Part shown: positions 43,707-52,638 of the stretch, in pieces | How the letters are laid out: each line of letters opens with the position of its first letter | How positions within the stretch are numbered: the stretch's first letter is position 1 | DNA from: an uncultured bacterium | GTDB taxonomy: Bacteria; Bacteroidota; Bacteroidia; Bacteroidales; Marinifilaceae | Assembly: GCA_905216195.1 (NCBI GenBank) | Contig: CAJMSX010000012.1 | Span: forward strand, 1,706-65,705 | Length of the DNA stretch: 64,000 nt | Direction of reading: 5' to 3' | Made by a program: the position numbers and the translations under genes | Notes under the pieces: generated by a model | What the model was told of the DNA's origin: nothing | The model's database searches: none | Seen by the model: only the letters and a program-made list of their open reading frames with translations

Positions 43707-45125
43707 ATGTACGACGTCAAATCGAAAATCGCAGAAGAATTTATTGACGATGCAGAGATTTTATCGACCCTAGAGTATGCCCAGGCCAATAAAAATAATC
43801 GCCAACTGATCGAGAGTCTCATCGAAAGAGCCAGAGACTGCAAAGGGCTGACTCATCGGGAAGCGGCCCTCCTGCTGGAATGTGAGGATCCGGACCTGAT
43901 TGAAAGAATGTTTCAGGTGGCCCGGGAAATCAAGCAGAAATTTTACGGCAACCGTATTGTGATGTTTGCTCCCCTTTATTTGTCCAATTATTGTGTCAAC
44001 GGTTGTGTCTATTGTCCTTATCATGCTAAGAACAAAACCATTGCACGACGTAAGCTGTCCCAGGAAGAAATCCGGCAGGAAGTCATCGCTCTTCAGGATA
44101 TGGGACACAAGCGCCTGGCCATCGAGGTGGGGGAGCATCCTGTACTGAATCCCATAGAATACATTCTGGAAAGCATTGAGACGATCTATTCCATCAAGCA
44201 TAAGAACGGAGCCATCCGCCGGGTCAATGTCAATATTGCGGCCACGACGGTGGAAAATTACCGGAAACTCCACGAAGCTGGTATCGGTACCTATATTCTC
44301 TTTCAGGAAACTTACCATAAAAAAAATTATGAGGCATTGCATCCCAATGGCCCTAAAAGTAATTATGCCTACCATACCGAAGCCATGGATCGGGCGATGG
44401 AAGGCGGGATCGATGATGTCGGAATAGGAGTATTGTATGGTCTGAATACCTATCGGTATGATTTTGTGGGTTTGCTGATGCATGCCGAACATCTCGAAGC
44501 CGTGTTCGGAGTGGGACCGCATACCATCAGTGTACCCCGTCTGTGTAATGCGGACGATATCAGTACCGATGATTTTTCCAATACCGTTCCCGACGATATT
44601 TTCCAGAGAATCGTAGCGGTGATCCGGATCGCCGTTCCTTATACCGGAATGATCGTTTCCACCCGGGAATCCCAGGTTTCCCGGGAAAAGGTTCTGGATA
44701 TCGGAGTATCTCAAATCAGCGGGGGATCGCATACAAGTGTGGGCGGGTATGTAAATAAAGAGGAGTTCGACGAAACTACTTCTCAGTTCGATGTCTCCGA
44801 CCGCCGCACCCTGGATGAGGTTGTAGGCTGGTTGCTGGACCTCGGTTATATTCCCAGTTTCTGCACCGCCTGCTACCGGGAAGGACGTACCGGCGACCGG
44901 TTTATGACCCTGGTCAAATCGGGACAGATTGCCAATTGCTGTCAGCCCAATGCCTTGATGACCTTGAAAGAGTACCTGGAGGACTACGCTTCTCCCCAGA
45001 CCCGGGCAAAGGGGGAACGTATGATTGCAGCCGAAATGCTGCGCGTACCCAGTGAAAAAGTGAGAAGGATCGCCTTGAAAAATCTGGAAGAGATCGCCGG
45101 AGGGAAACGGGATTTTAGATTCTGA
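43707..45125 (+). CDS. hydG: [FeFe]-hydrogenase H-cluster radical SAM maturase HydG
   Basis: 472 aa. Radical SAM CVNGCVYCPY and a C-terminal CTAC-x21-CC auxiliary cluster motif (the CX2CX22C type that separates HydG from ThiH). Confidence 0.8.
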   Translation: MYDVKSKIAEEFIDDAEILSTLEYAQANKNNRQLIESLIERARDCKGLTHREAALLLECEDPDLIERMFQVAREIKQKFYGNRIVMFAPLYLSNYCVNGCVYCPYHAKNKTIARRKLSQEEIRQEVIALQDMGHKRLAIEVGEHPVLNPIEYILESIETIYSIKHKNGAIRRVNVNIAATTVENYRKLHEAGIGTYILFQETYHKKNYEALHPNGPKSNYAYHTEAMDRAMEGGIDDVGIGVLYGLNTYRYDFVGLLMHAEHLEAVFGVGPHTISVPRLCNADDISTDDFSNTVPDDIFQRIVAVIRIAVPYTGMIVSTRESQVSREKVLDIGVSQISGGSHTSVGGYVNKEEFDETTSQFDVSDRRTLDEVVGWLLDLGYIPSFCTACYREGRTGDRFMTLVKSGQIANCCQPNALMTLKEYLEDYASPQTRAKGERMIAAEMLRVPSEKVRRIALKNLEEIAGGKRDFRF

Positions 45126-45819
45126 TACGGTTGTGGAAAATGGTAATATAATAAGGCAACCTGGCCTATAGCTTTACGCCTCACCGGAGAGGCCGGCTTG
45201 CCCGGCCTTCTTCCCGCTTCTATTTTACGTTGAGGAGCATTCCGGCTTGTCTTTGCGGATGGGAGAGAGCCGGTGAGGTTGCTGTATCCCCCGGTTTCGG
45301 GAAGGTAAAATTTCTTTCCTGCCTTTCGGTTTAAGGTCTGTAGGCCGCGAGGGAGTTGCCCGTAAACTTTCTATTTTACTGTCAGGGAAAAGAATAAATT
45401 CCAAAGTGCCCATAGGATACCTGTCTTCCCAATCGAAGGTATATTCTTTCCGGGTCCAGGGATAAAAGTTCGTGATTGGTTGGCGGATGAACCTGGTCCG
45501 GATAGCAGTAGATAAACCGTTTATTTTCTTGTCGGTAGGGTGGTGGGGTAGGATGCTGTTTGTTATGTCGGTACACTAAGCCGGACGGAATAATTGGGCG
45601 GTAGAGACCTTAAAAATGACGATCGTGTCCTGCTGTTATTTCAGGATTTTCCTACTCTTTCCTGAGCTTTTCGGAATCCGCCCCGATGAATCATTCTTTT
45701 ACTACATAAGAAAGAGGGGAAAAACGGCGTGCCGGAGGGAGAAATGCGAAGAACTTTTTGGAAAAGGATGCCGTATACGGAGTAATTTGCATAAAATGTT
45801 AATCCTAAACAGAAACGTT

Positions 45820-46866
45820 ATGAATTACGGTATCAGTGTTTTATTTCGGGCTATTCCGGTGGTTATGGCATTTATTTGCTTTTTCCTGGGAGGCTTTATT
45901 TATTTATACGGGAACGATGCGGCCCGGGAGGTAGCCGGTCCTGTGGTATTTTTCCTGGGAGCCATTTGTCTGGCTTTGTTTGCTACAGCCGGTACGATCA
46001 TCCGGCAATTGATCCATACGTTCCGTCCGGTATTCAAGTATTTGTTGCCCGGCTTCGGTTATCTGGTGGCTTTTTGTACGATCGGACTGGGAATCTGGAT
46101 TTTTTCTCAGGACGTTAGCAACTTTATCGTATCCGGACACGTGGTATGTGGGGTTGGATTGATTGCCGCCTGTGTGTCGACAGCGGCTACTTCTTCTACG
46201 AAATTTTACCTGATTCCTCAAAATTCCCACGGAAACAGTACAGCCATCAATACGGCTGGGTTTTCGGCCGTTACCGAGAAGGTTTTGATCGGATTAACCG
46301 TTTTGTTTTCTCTGGTCGCCTGGATCTGGTGTATTGTTCTGCTTTCCCGAACCGGACAGGGAAGTGCCTATTTCGTTGCCGGTACGGTGATGGGAGGACT
46401 GGCTTCCATCTGTAGCAGCCTGATTGCCTTGGTCGCGAGTATTGCCCGGCAAATCCGGAACGATTATAGAGAAAAGGATCGTCATTTCTGGCCGAAGTGG
46501 GTGTTCTTTTTCGGTTTCCTCTGTATCGTATGGGGGTTGATCGTGATTTTTACCTTGGTGGGACATGCCGCGAATACGACCGGTTTTATCCTGATCGGGC
46601 TGGGGTTGGTTTGTTTCAGTATCTCCAGCAAGGTGCTGTTGCTGGCTAAAGTATGGCGACAGGAATACGCCCTGGCGAACCGTATTCCGTTGATTCCCGT
46701 CATTACCGCTCTGTTGTGCCTGTTTTTGGGCGCTTTTCTGTTCGAGGAAGGCATTCTGGATAATGCATTTTTTGTGCCCGCCCGGGTTTTGATCGGGTTA
46801 GGCGCGATTTGTTTCTGTCTTTTTTCGATCGTCAGTATTCTGGAAAGCGGTACATCGAAAAAATAG
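45820..46866 (+). CDS. polytopic membrane protein of unknown function
   Basis: About 348 aa from the ATG at 45820 (MNYGISVLF), almost entirely TM helices. The upstream 68 codons of the track ORF look non-coding. Confidence 0.55.
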   Translation: MNYGISVLFRAIPVVMAFICFFLGGFIYLYGNDAAREVAGPVVFFLGAICLALFATAGTIIRQLIHTFRPVFKYLLPGFGYLVAFCTIGLGIWIFSQDVSNFIVSGHVVCGVGLIAACVSTAATSSTKFYLIPQNSHGNSTAINTAGFSAVTEKVLIGLTVLFSLVAWIWCIVLLSRTGQGSAYFVAGTVMGGLASICSSLIALVASIARQIRNDYREKDRHFWPKWVFFFGFLCIVWGLIVIFTLVGHAANTTGFILIGLGLVCFSISSKVLLLAKVWRQEYALANRIPLIPVITALLCLFLGAFLFEEGILDNAFFVPARVLIGLGAICFCLFSIVSILESGTSKK

Positions 46867-46909
46867 AAGGACGGAAAATTTATTGTTTGCCTGTAAATCA
46901 GGTATGATA

Positions 46910-46945
46910 CACCGGAGCAGCACTCAGGGAAGGTCTGCTCCGGTG
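46910..46945 (+). terminator. intrinsic terminator
   Basis: caccggagcag-14 nt-ctgctccggtg, a perfect 11-bp stem followed by tagtttatttt. Confidence 0.65.
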
Positions 46946-47341
46946 TAGTTTATTTTGAAATGAAAAAAGTTTTGCTTCAGTAGAATCCCGTTCAATTGGT
47001 CTTTATATCCGGTTTACACTCTGCCGGCAGGAATTTTACCGCACCCAACATACGTGGAGGGAACGGTTTGATCAGTTTAGGGCGATACCGAGCGATGACA
47101 AGTTCGGAAAGAGGAGATGCCGGGGGGTGCAAGCACGGTTGGAAGCCCAGCCTACAAAGGGAGAGGAGGGCAAAGCTCCCCTTGTAATAAATAAAATCGG
47201 TTGTGGCGCCTTTTTAATGAGTAGGGAGGTTTTAAATTAGGGCAGTGTAATGGATGTGTAGATTAAAAAAGAGTGCTTAATAGTAAGATTTTAGCCTATT
47301 TTTATAAATAAAATCACATTAAAAAATGAAATAATGTATTA

Positions 47342-47349
47342 TAAATTTG
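47342..47349 (+). promoter_or_regulatory. candidate Bacteroidota -7 promoter box (TAAATTTG) upstream of the RiPP precursor
   Basis: Exact match to TAnnTTTG, 88 nt upstream of the ATG at 47437. No well-spaced -33 TTTG is visible. Confidence 0.3.
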
Positions 47350-47436
47350 TTTTTATTGAAAATTCTGCTTATTTTGTCGAAGTAATATAGCCGTAACAGC
47401 TTCTGGCTGATCTAAGACAACAAAAAATTTACTCGT

Positions 47437-47622
47437 ATGGAAAAAAAACTTTCAGACCTGATGCCTCATGCAGCATTAGACATCAGTGAGCTCTCAAACA
47501 TTAAAGGTGGTATGGAGAATCCCACAGAAATCAAACGAGTTTGCGATACCGGAGCGTGTAGCTCTAATCTCGACACTCTTGTACAGTATTGTACCGAATC
47601 CATTTGCAGAACCGGTGCTTAA
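47437..47622 (+). CDS. RiPP precursor peptide with double-glycine leader (Bacteroidetes GG-type) and four-Cys core
   Basis: 61 aa. Leader MEKKLSDLMPHAALDISELSNIKGG. Core contains CDTGAC and CTESIC. Lies 60 nt upstream of a radical SAM/SPASM gene. Confidence 0.7.
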   Translation: MEKKLSDLMPHAALDISELSNIKGGMENPTEIKRVCDTGACSSNLDTLVQYCTESICRTGA

Positions 47623-47682
47623 CCTTAAAGGACGCTTGCCACAAGTTGGAAAGGTTTGTGGCAAGCGTAGAAAAAGATAATT

Positions 47683-49149
47683 ATGCAGATTTGCTTTAAT
47701 CCTAATTATTATCTAAAGCATGATGGAGAACGGACCATTCTTGCGACAAATCCTTATGCTCAAGATCCTGACGTTAAGAAAGGATGGTTATCTAAAATAC
47801 ATCCTCTCTACGCAATGATGTTTTCAATTTTGTCTCAACCGAGTGAATTAGAAATAGCTATTCGAAAAATTGCTGATTTTTTCTCGGTTTCGATAAATGA
47901 AGCAGAACGTTTGCTCACCCCTTTCCTTTATGAGGAAGGAATTTTAGAAGCAAAATACCAAGATACTATCAGTTATTTTCCTCCACACATTGTATTGAAG
48001 GATATAGGAATAACGCATGGAGGTCTAGATTATAATCCTGCCCACTTTATATTTTCCAAAGTTGATCTTACAAGCCAACGAATGAAATTGGCTCCTCAGG
48101 GGATTGTTCTAATTATCAATAATCGCTGTGTGACTGATTGTATTTATTGTTATGCAGATAAAAAACAGAAGTGTAAAACGTCTTTCAGTTTAGCGACAAT
48201 TGAATCCCTGTTGGAAAACGCAAAAAGACTTGGGATTCGAGAATTACAGGTTATAGGCGGAGAGTTTTTTCTTTACCCTGATTGGGAAAGATTATTGGAA
48301 CTACTCGAAAAATATGAATTTTACCAATCTTTAATTTCTACAAAAGTACCACTAAGCAAAGCGCAAATAAACTATTTTAACCGATTTAACATAAGTTTAC
48401 AAATATCATTTGATGGTTTTGATAGTAATTTGGTTCAAAAAACATTAGGCGTTTCAGATGTTTATTTTGAGCGCATGAAAAGAACTATAAAGAATATAGA
48501 TTGTGCTTCTGTAAACTTTCAAGTAGCTACAGTGCTCACGAATCTAACAGCTACTATTGATAATTTAAACAATCTTCATTGTTTTTTGAAGGAGTTAAAG
48601 AATTTAAAACGTTGGGAAATTCGATTTGCTTTTCGATCGCTATATTCCGTTTCTAATTTTGATGAAATAAAGGTTTCGCCGGATTTTACAGAAATGCTTT
48701 CTCATTGGTATGAAGAAATTAGAAAATCCTCATCCGTGAATATTCTTCTTTCTCCGGCTAATGATATAAAATATTATTCAGCCCAAAATGGTTCTATTAG
48801 TTTTGAAGGGCCTCGCTGTTCTGCGAATACCACTCATATGGTTATTTTGCCCGATGGAAAAGTGACAATTTGTGAGCAACTTTATTGGAATCCGAGATTT
48901 ATTATTGGAGACATCTATAAGAATACAATAGAGGAAATATGGACGGGAAGAAGGGCACTTGAATTGGCATCTTGGCAACAATCAAAAGTTCAAAAGAATA
49001 GTCCATGTTCTTCTTGTGAATTGTTTGAGACCTGTTTAAATTATCCCAATAAATGTTTTGCAAACACTATCAAAGCTTATGGTGACGCTAATTGGGATTA
49101 TCCTGATCCTCGTTGCTCAAGGGCTCTTCCGTTCATCCATTCACTTTGA
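47683..49149 (+). CDS. radical SAM/SPASM-domain peptide maturase with N-terminal PqqD/RRE-like domain
   Basis: 488 aa. CVTDCIYC (CX3CX2C, nt 48127-48150) and a C-terminal SPASM-like region GPRCSAN..DGKVTIC..CSSCELFETCLNYPNKC. The N-terminal ~95 aa resemble a leader-recognition element. Confidence 0.8.
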   Translation: MQICFNPNYYLKHDGERTILATNPYAQDPDVKKGWLSKIHPLYAMMFSILSQPSELEIAIRKIADFFSVSINEAERLLTPFLYEEGILEAKYQDTISYFPPHIVLKDIGITHGGLDYNPAHFIFSKVDLTSQRMKLAPQGIVLIINNRCVTDCIYCYADKKQKCKTSFSLATIESLLENAKRLGIRELQVIGGEFFLYPDWERLLELLEKYEFYQSLISTKVPLSKAQINYFNRFNISLQISFDGFDSNLVQKTLGVSDVYFERMKRTIKNIDCASVNFQVATVLTNLTATIDNLNNLHCFLKELKNLKRWEIRFAFRSLYSVSNFDEIKVSPDFTEMLSHWYEEIRKSSSVNILLSPANDIKYYSAQNGSISFEGPRCSANTTHMVILPDGKVTICEQLYWNPRFIIGDIYKNTIEEIWTGRRALELASWQQSKVQKNSPCSSCELFETCLNYPNKCFANTIKAYGDANWDYPDPRCSRALPFIHSL

Positions 49150-49154
49150 TCGTT

Positions 49155-51497
49155 ATGAAGAAGGTTTTTTTATTTTTTGGTACATTTCTGTTTGCTTATA
49201 CTTCCCTGTTTGCATTTTCCACCAAAAGACTAACAGGAGTTGTGTTGGATAGTCTGTCAAAATCTCCAATTGAATTTGCCAATGTTTTAATTTTTAGTCA
49301 AGACTCTCTCTATATCGATGGATGCACGACTACTAAGAGCGGTTCTTTCGTTTTTGAGGATATTCCGAGATCCGGCGGATACCTCAAAGTATCCTTTATT
49401 GGATATGTCGATGCCATATATAGTCTGGACAGTTTAAGTACGGAGAAAAACAATATTCTCTATCTTCGCCCTTCGGATATATTCCTGGAAGAAATTACGG
49501 TATCGGCGAATAGGAAACCATTCCAGATCGAAGATGAGCGAATACTATTCAACCCCTCTTTTGTCGCTTATGCCGTAAATGCAAGCGATTTAATCAGGCA
49601 AGCCCCCGGTGTGATGGATACCGGTACATCGCTTGTTATGCCAGGGAAAAATGCGATTAAAATTTATATAAACAACAAGGAACAGAAAGGTTCACTGGAA
49701 GACATTCTGCTTCTTCTTAAATCTTATCCTGCGTCAGAGGTGGAGTCTATTGAAGTGATGATTAATCCATCCACACGATACACTATGGGCCAAAATGTCG
49801 GTGTGATCCATGTTAAACTGAAGAAAAAGCCAACGGATTATTTAGGCGGTAACGCCTCTTATTCTTTACTTCAAAACACTCAGCCGAGTAATGAAGGATC
49901 CTTAGGACTTTTTTATCAGGGGAAACGTTTTTCAACATCTTTAAACACTGCCGGTAATCTGAAGAAGTACGATCTTGAGGAACACCAGAGAGTTGGTTTT
50001 ACAGATTATACCCGAAATGCACTCACAGATATGACCCGCCATGCGAAGGACTTGGTGCTTCGATGGAATGTGAGTTATCAATTCAACGAGAATTGGAATG
50101 CGGGTTTGTCAGCTTACTACGCAACGGGAAAAATGAAACAGCGAACGGATCAACACTATTGTTATTATTTCCCTTCAGCAACAGAAGAACGAGAGCTTAT
50201 TACAGGCAAACGAACAGACCAAGCAAATACTTCTTTCGCCTCTTTTGACTTGGAAGGCAAATTATCCAAGACTACAAACTTGACGATTAATGTTGATTAT
50301 TACCATAAACATTCTCCTACTGAACGTAGTCTTTACGCTGTCCCTCTTGAGGAGCGGTTGATTTATTCTTTAGATGATATTACAAGCGATAATGTGACGG
50401 CTAAAGTCAATCTAAATCTTGTCTCAACTTCTAAACTCACTCTGAATTTTGGTGTAGACGGTATTTTTACCAATACCAGGAATTCTGAAACAGGCGTTTA
50501 TAGTGACGGACTTAGTGGTGAGGACGATTTCGAGTATCAGGAGAATGAAATAAATATTTATGGCGAAGCTCGTTATAAATTCAATTCAAAATGGATGTTA
50601 AGAGGAAGTCTGCGTTATCAGTCCATATGGACTGAAGCAGAAAATAAACTTGCTTCTGAAAATACGGATCATCATTATCAGGTATTTTGTCCTGCGGCTT
50701 TTCTTTCCTATCTGTTGAAAGAAAATCAGTCTCTTCAACTTGGCTTTTATTACAATATCAATAAGCCAACCCTTACTGCTCTTAATCCATCGAGGTTGTA
50801 TATCGGCAACGATACTTACCGTGTAGGTAATCCTGAATTGGAACACTCTACCCATTACGTTGTCAGCCTTAGCTATTCCTTAGGAAGCCTGATGATACAA
50901 CCTTATATAGAGTGGCTTGACAACGGGATTACTGAAATCTCCAGGATTGAAGATAATAAATATCAAGTGATGACTTGGGAAAATGCTGTGGATCGTCGTA
51001 ATCTGGGATTAATGATTTTTTGGGCCTATTCCAAACCTAAATGGATGCGGGCTTCACTTACGGCATTCTTAACTAATCCTGTGACCACTTCAGATCATCC
51101 GCTTTTACATGCAAGAGTGAGTTCTTTTAAGTTCTCTCTAAGTCCGAATTTACAATTCTATTTGGAGAATGACCGTAAATGGATTCTCGCTGTGTATGGA
51201 AATTATACCAGTCGGGAACATACGGTTGATCTGAAACTGGAATCCATGTGGCGACTGAATGCCAGTTTAACATGGAAGGCAAGCAAACAATGGACCTTGT
51301 CTGCAAGCGGCTTGAATTTATTACGCTCTCATACTCGGGGAATTCAGTATATCGGAGAATCTACCATGAAATTTAATAATAAATATATGTATACCGGATT
51401 TCAATTCTCAGCCAGTTTCACCTGGGGTAAATCTATGCGGCAATCCCGAGACAGAGCCGTCCTTCGGAATATGAACATGCGTACCGAACTCGATTGA
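49155..51497 (+). CDS. outer-membrane beta-barrel protein (CarboxypepD_reg-like N-domain plus TonB-receptor-like/OMP_b-brl_3 barrel)
   Basis: About 780 aa from the ATG at 49155 (MKKVFLFFGTFLFAYTSLFA signal). The domain TGVVLDSLSKSPIEFANVLIF..GSFVFEDIP is followed by a long stretch of alternating beta-strand pattern. The start is 5 nt after the rSAM stop. Confidence 0.7.
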   Translation: MKKVFLFFGTFLFAYTSLFAFSTKRLTGVVLDSLSKSPIEFANVLIFSQDSLYIDGCTTTKSGSFVFEDIPRSGGYLKVSFIGYVDAIYSLDSLSTEKNNILYLRPSDIFLEEITVSANRKPFQIEDERILFNPSFVAYAVNASDLIRQAPGVMDTGTSLVMPGKNAIKIYINNKEQKGSLEDILLLLKSYPASEVESIEVMINPSTRYTMGQNVGVIHVKLKKKPTDYLGGNASYSLLQNTQPSNEGSLGLFYQGKRFSTSLNTAGNLKKYDLEEHQRVGFTDYTRNALTDMTRHAKDLVLRWNVSYQFNENWNAGLSAYYATGKMKQRTDQHYCYYFPSATEERELITGKRTDQANTSFASFDLEGKLSKTTNLTINVDYYHKHSPTERSLYAVPLEERLIYSLDDITSDNVTAKVNLNLVSTSKLTLNFGVDGIFTNTRNSETGVYSDGLSGEDDFEYQENEINIYGEARYKFNSKWMLRGSLRYQSIWTEAENKLASENTDHHYQVFCPAAFLSYLLKENQSLQLGFYYNINKPTLTALNPSRLYIGNDTYRVGNPELEHSTHYVVSLSYSLGSLMIQPYIEWLDNGITEISRIEDNKYQVMTWENAVDRRNLGLMIFWAYSKPKWMRASLTAFLTNPVTTSDHPLLHARVSSFKFSLSPNLQFYLENDRKWILAVYGNYTSREHTVDLKLESMWRLNASLTWKASKQWTLSASGLNLLRSHTRGIQYIGESTMKFNNKYMYTGFQFSASFTWGKSMRQSRDRAVLRNMNMRTELD

Positions 51498-51665
51498 TTT
51501 ACCTGAAAATGGAACGGATGGCTTTTAGTTGTTTGAACAACAAGCTATAGGTCTCAAAAAGACATATCTAAATGGCCCCTTTACCCCCTCTCTTGGCAGC
51601 TTAATTAATTTGCATAGGTGTATTAATTTTAAAGGTAAAAATAGCATATTTTTAGGGAGCCTTTG

Positions 51666-51673
51666 TATATTTG
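51666..51673 (+). promoter_or_regulatory. candidate -7 promoter box (TATATTTG)
   Basis: Exact TAnnTTTG match, 45 nt upstream of the lipoprotein ATG at 51718. Confidence 0.3.
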
Positions 51674-51717
51674 TTTGCAGAAAACCGATTCACTATAGAA
51701 TCCTAAATCGAAGCTGT

Positions 51718-52449
51718 ATGCAAACAAAAAATTTATTCGGAATACTCCTGTTACTCCTTTGCTGTGTGGGTTTGATCAGCTGTGATAAGGAGCACGACGA
51801 CGGGTCGCGGGGATTTATGCAGGAAGCCACAATTATAGGTGATTCGATAAATGGTTACTATTGTTATTTAGACGGCGGCGGATTGGCTATTTCTCATGAC
51901 CCCTGGCTAGAGGGCATAGAAAGAGGATATTTCGCTTTCCATTATATGGAAGAAAATAAGGGCGTGAATGCTAATCAGGAATGGTATATTCAGCCTGCAC
52001 ACGTCTTGCCTTATTCCATATATCCGGTGGTTCACCCGATCAACATAGCAGAAGCAGAATCTAAACACCTTACGGACAAAGATAGTTGTCAAATCCCTTC
52101 ACTTTTTTCATTGGAATACGGCTACCGCGGTTATTTTGACTTCAATACAGGGTTATCCGTTACCAACTTAGCCCATGGAGAAAAAGTCCCTATCCAACTG
52201 AATATGGTATATGATGCGGAGAAACAGACTTCCGATACTTTGCTGTTGCAGCTTTGTTACCATGCGCACGTCCCGGAAACATGGACCCACCCGAGTGTTG
52301 ATTACGGCAGAGTGTCCTGCGATATTTCTTCCCTGGCTACCCTTCGGTCGTGGAGCGATTCGGTGACTATTGTGATAGAGACAGGGGACAAAATGAAACA
52401 TCTGACAAAAATCAGTAAAACGGATTTTTTTAAGCCTGTCAGAGAATAG
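51718..52449 (+). CDS. lipoprotein of unknown function (possibly NigD-like)
   Basis: 243 aa from the ATG at 51718. Lipobox LLCCVGLISC followed by DKEHDD. The segment EATIIGDSINGYYCYLDGGGLAISHD recalls NigD-like lipoproteins, but this family call is weak. Confidence 0.55.
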   Translation: MQTKNLFGILLLLLCCVGLISCDKEHDDGSRGFMQEATIIGDSINGYYCYLDGGGLAISHDPWLEGIERGYFAFHYMEENKGVNANQEWYIQPAHVLPYSIYPVVHPINIAEAESKHLTDKDSCQIPSLFSLEYGYRGYFDFNTGLSVTNLAHGEKVPIQLNMVYDAEKQTSDTLLLQLCYHAHVPETWTHPSVDYGRVSCDISSLATLRSWSDSVTIVIETGDKMKHLTKISKTDFFKPVRE

Positions 52450-52638
52450 AATTTTTCCGTAACCTGAAATCGGGGACTTGCCCGCAAAGACCTTTTTGCA
52501 GCTTACCAGAAATCAAAATCTGCTCGCCGAGATTTGGAAAATTTAAAGGAGGGAGGAAGTAGAGCTGATGATAAGCCGGTTTTCCTGTGTGTTTATACTT
52601 CACGGATTACGTAAAAGAGCGGGAAAACTATAACTTCA

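Noticed and set aside
43770-44732. 320-aa minus-strand ORF inside hydG.
   Set aside because: It is antisense to a gene with strong radical SAM/HydG motifs, and its translation has no domain features.
45470-45520. Resemblance of gaacctggtccggatagcag to SRP RNA domain IV (GGUCCGGAAGGAAGCAG) and to the TPP riboswitch P4-P5 (ACCUGAUCUGGAUAAUGCCAGCG).
   Set aside because: The flanking sequence cannot form the required helices: there is no GNRA-closed stem, no CUGAGA box and no complementary strand. The similarity is limited to about 12 nt.
46996-47187. 63-aa ORF containing NIRGG, considered as a second GG-type precursor.
   Set aside because: It has a TTG start and no Leu/Glu-rich helical leader. 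The GG is at residue 21-22 followed by a long basic, non-core-like tail. Its composition differs from the RiPP cluster and it lies upstream of the candidate promoter.
47486-47680. 64-aa ORF overlapping the RiPP precursor in another frame.
   Set aside because: The alternative frame has no leader-like features. The 47437 frame gives a canonical GG leader and a Cys-containing core.
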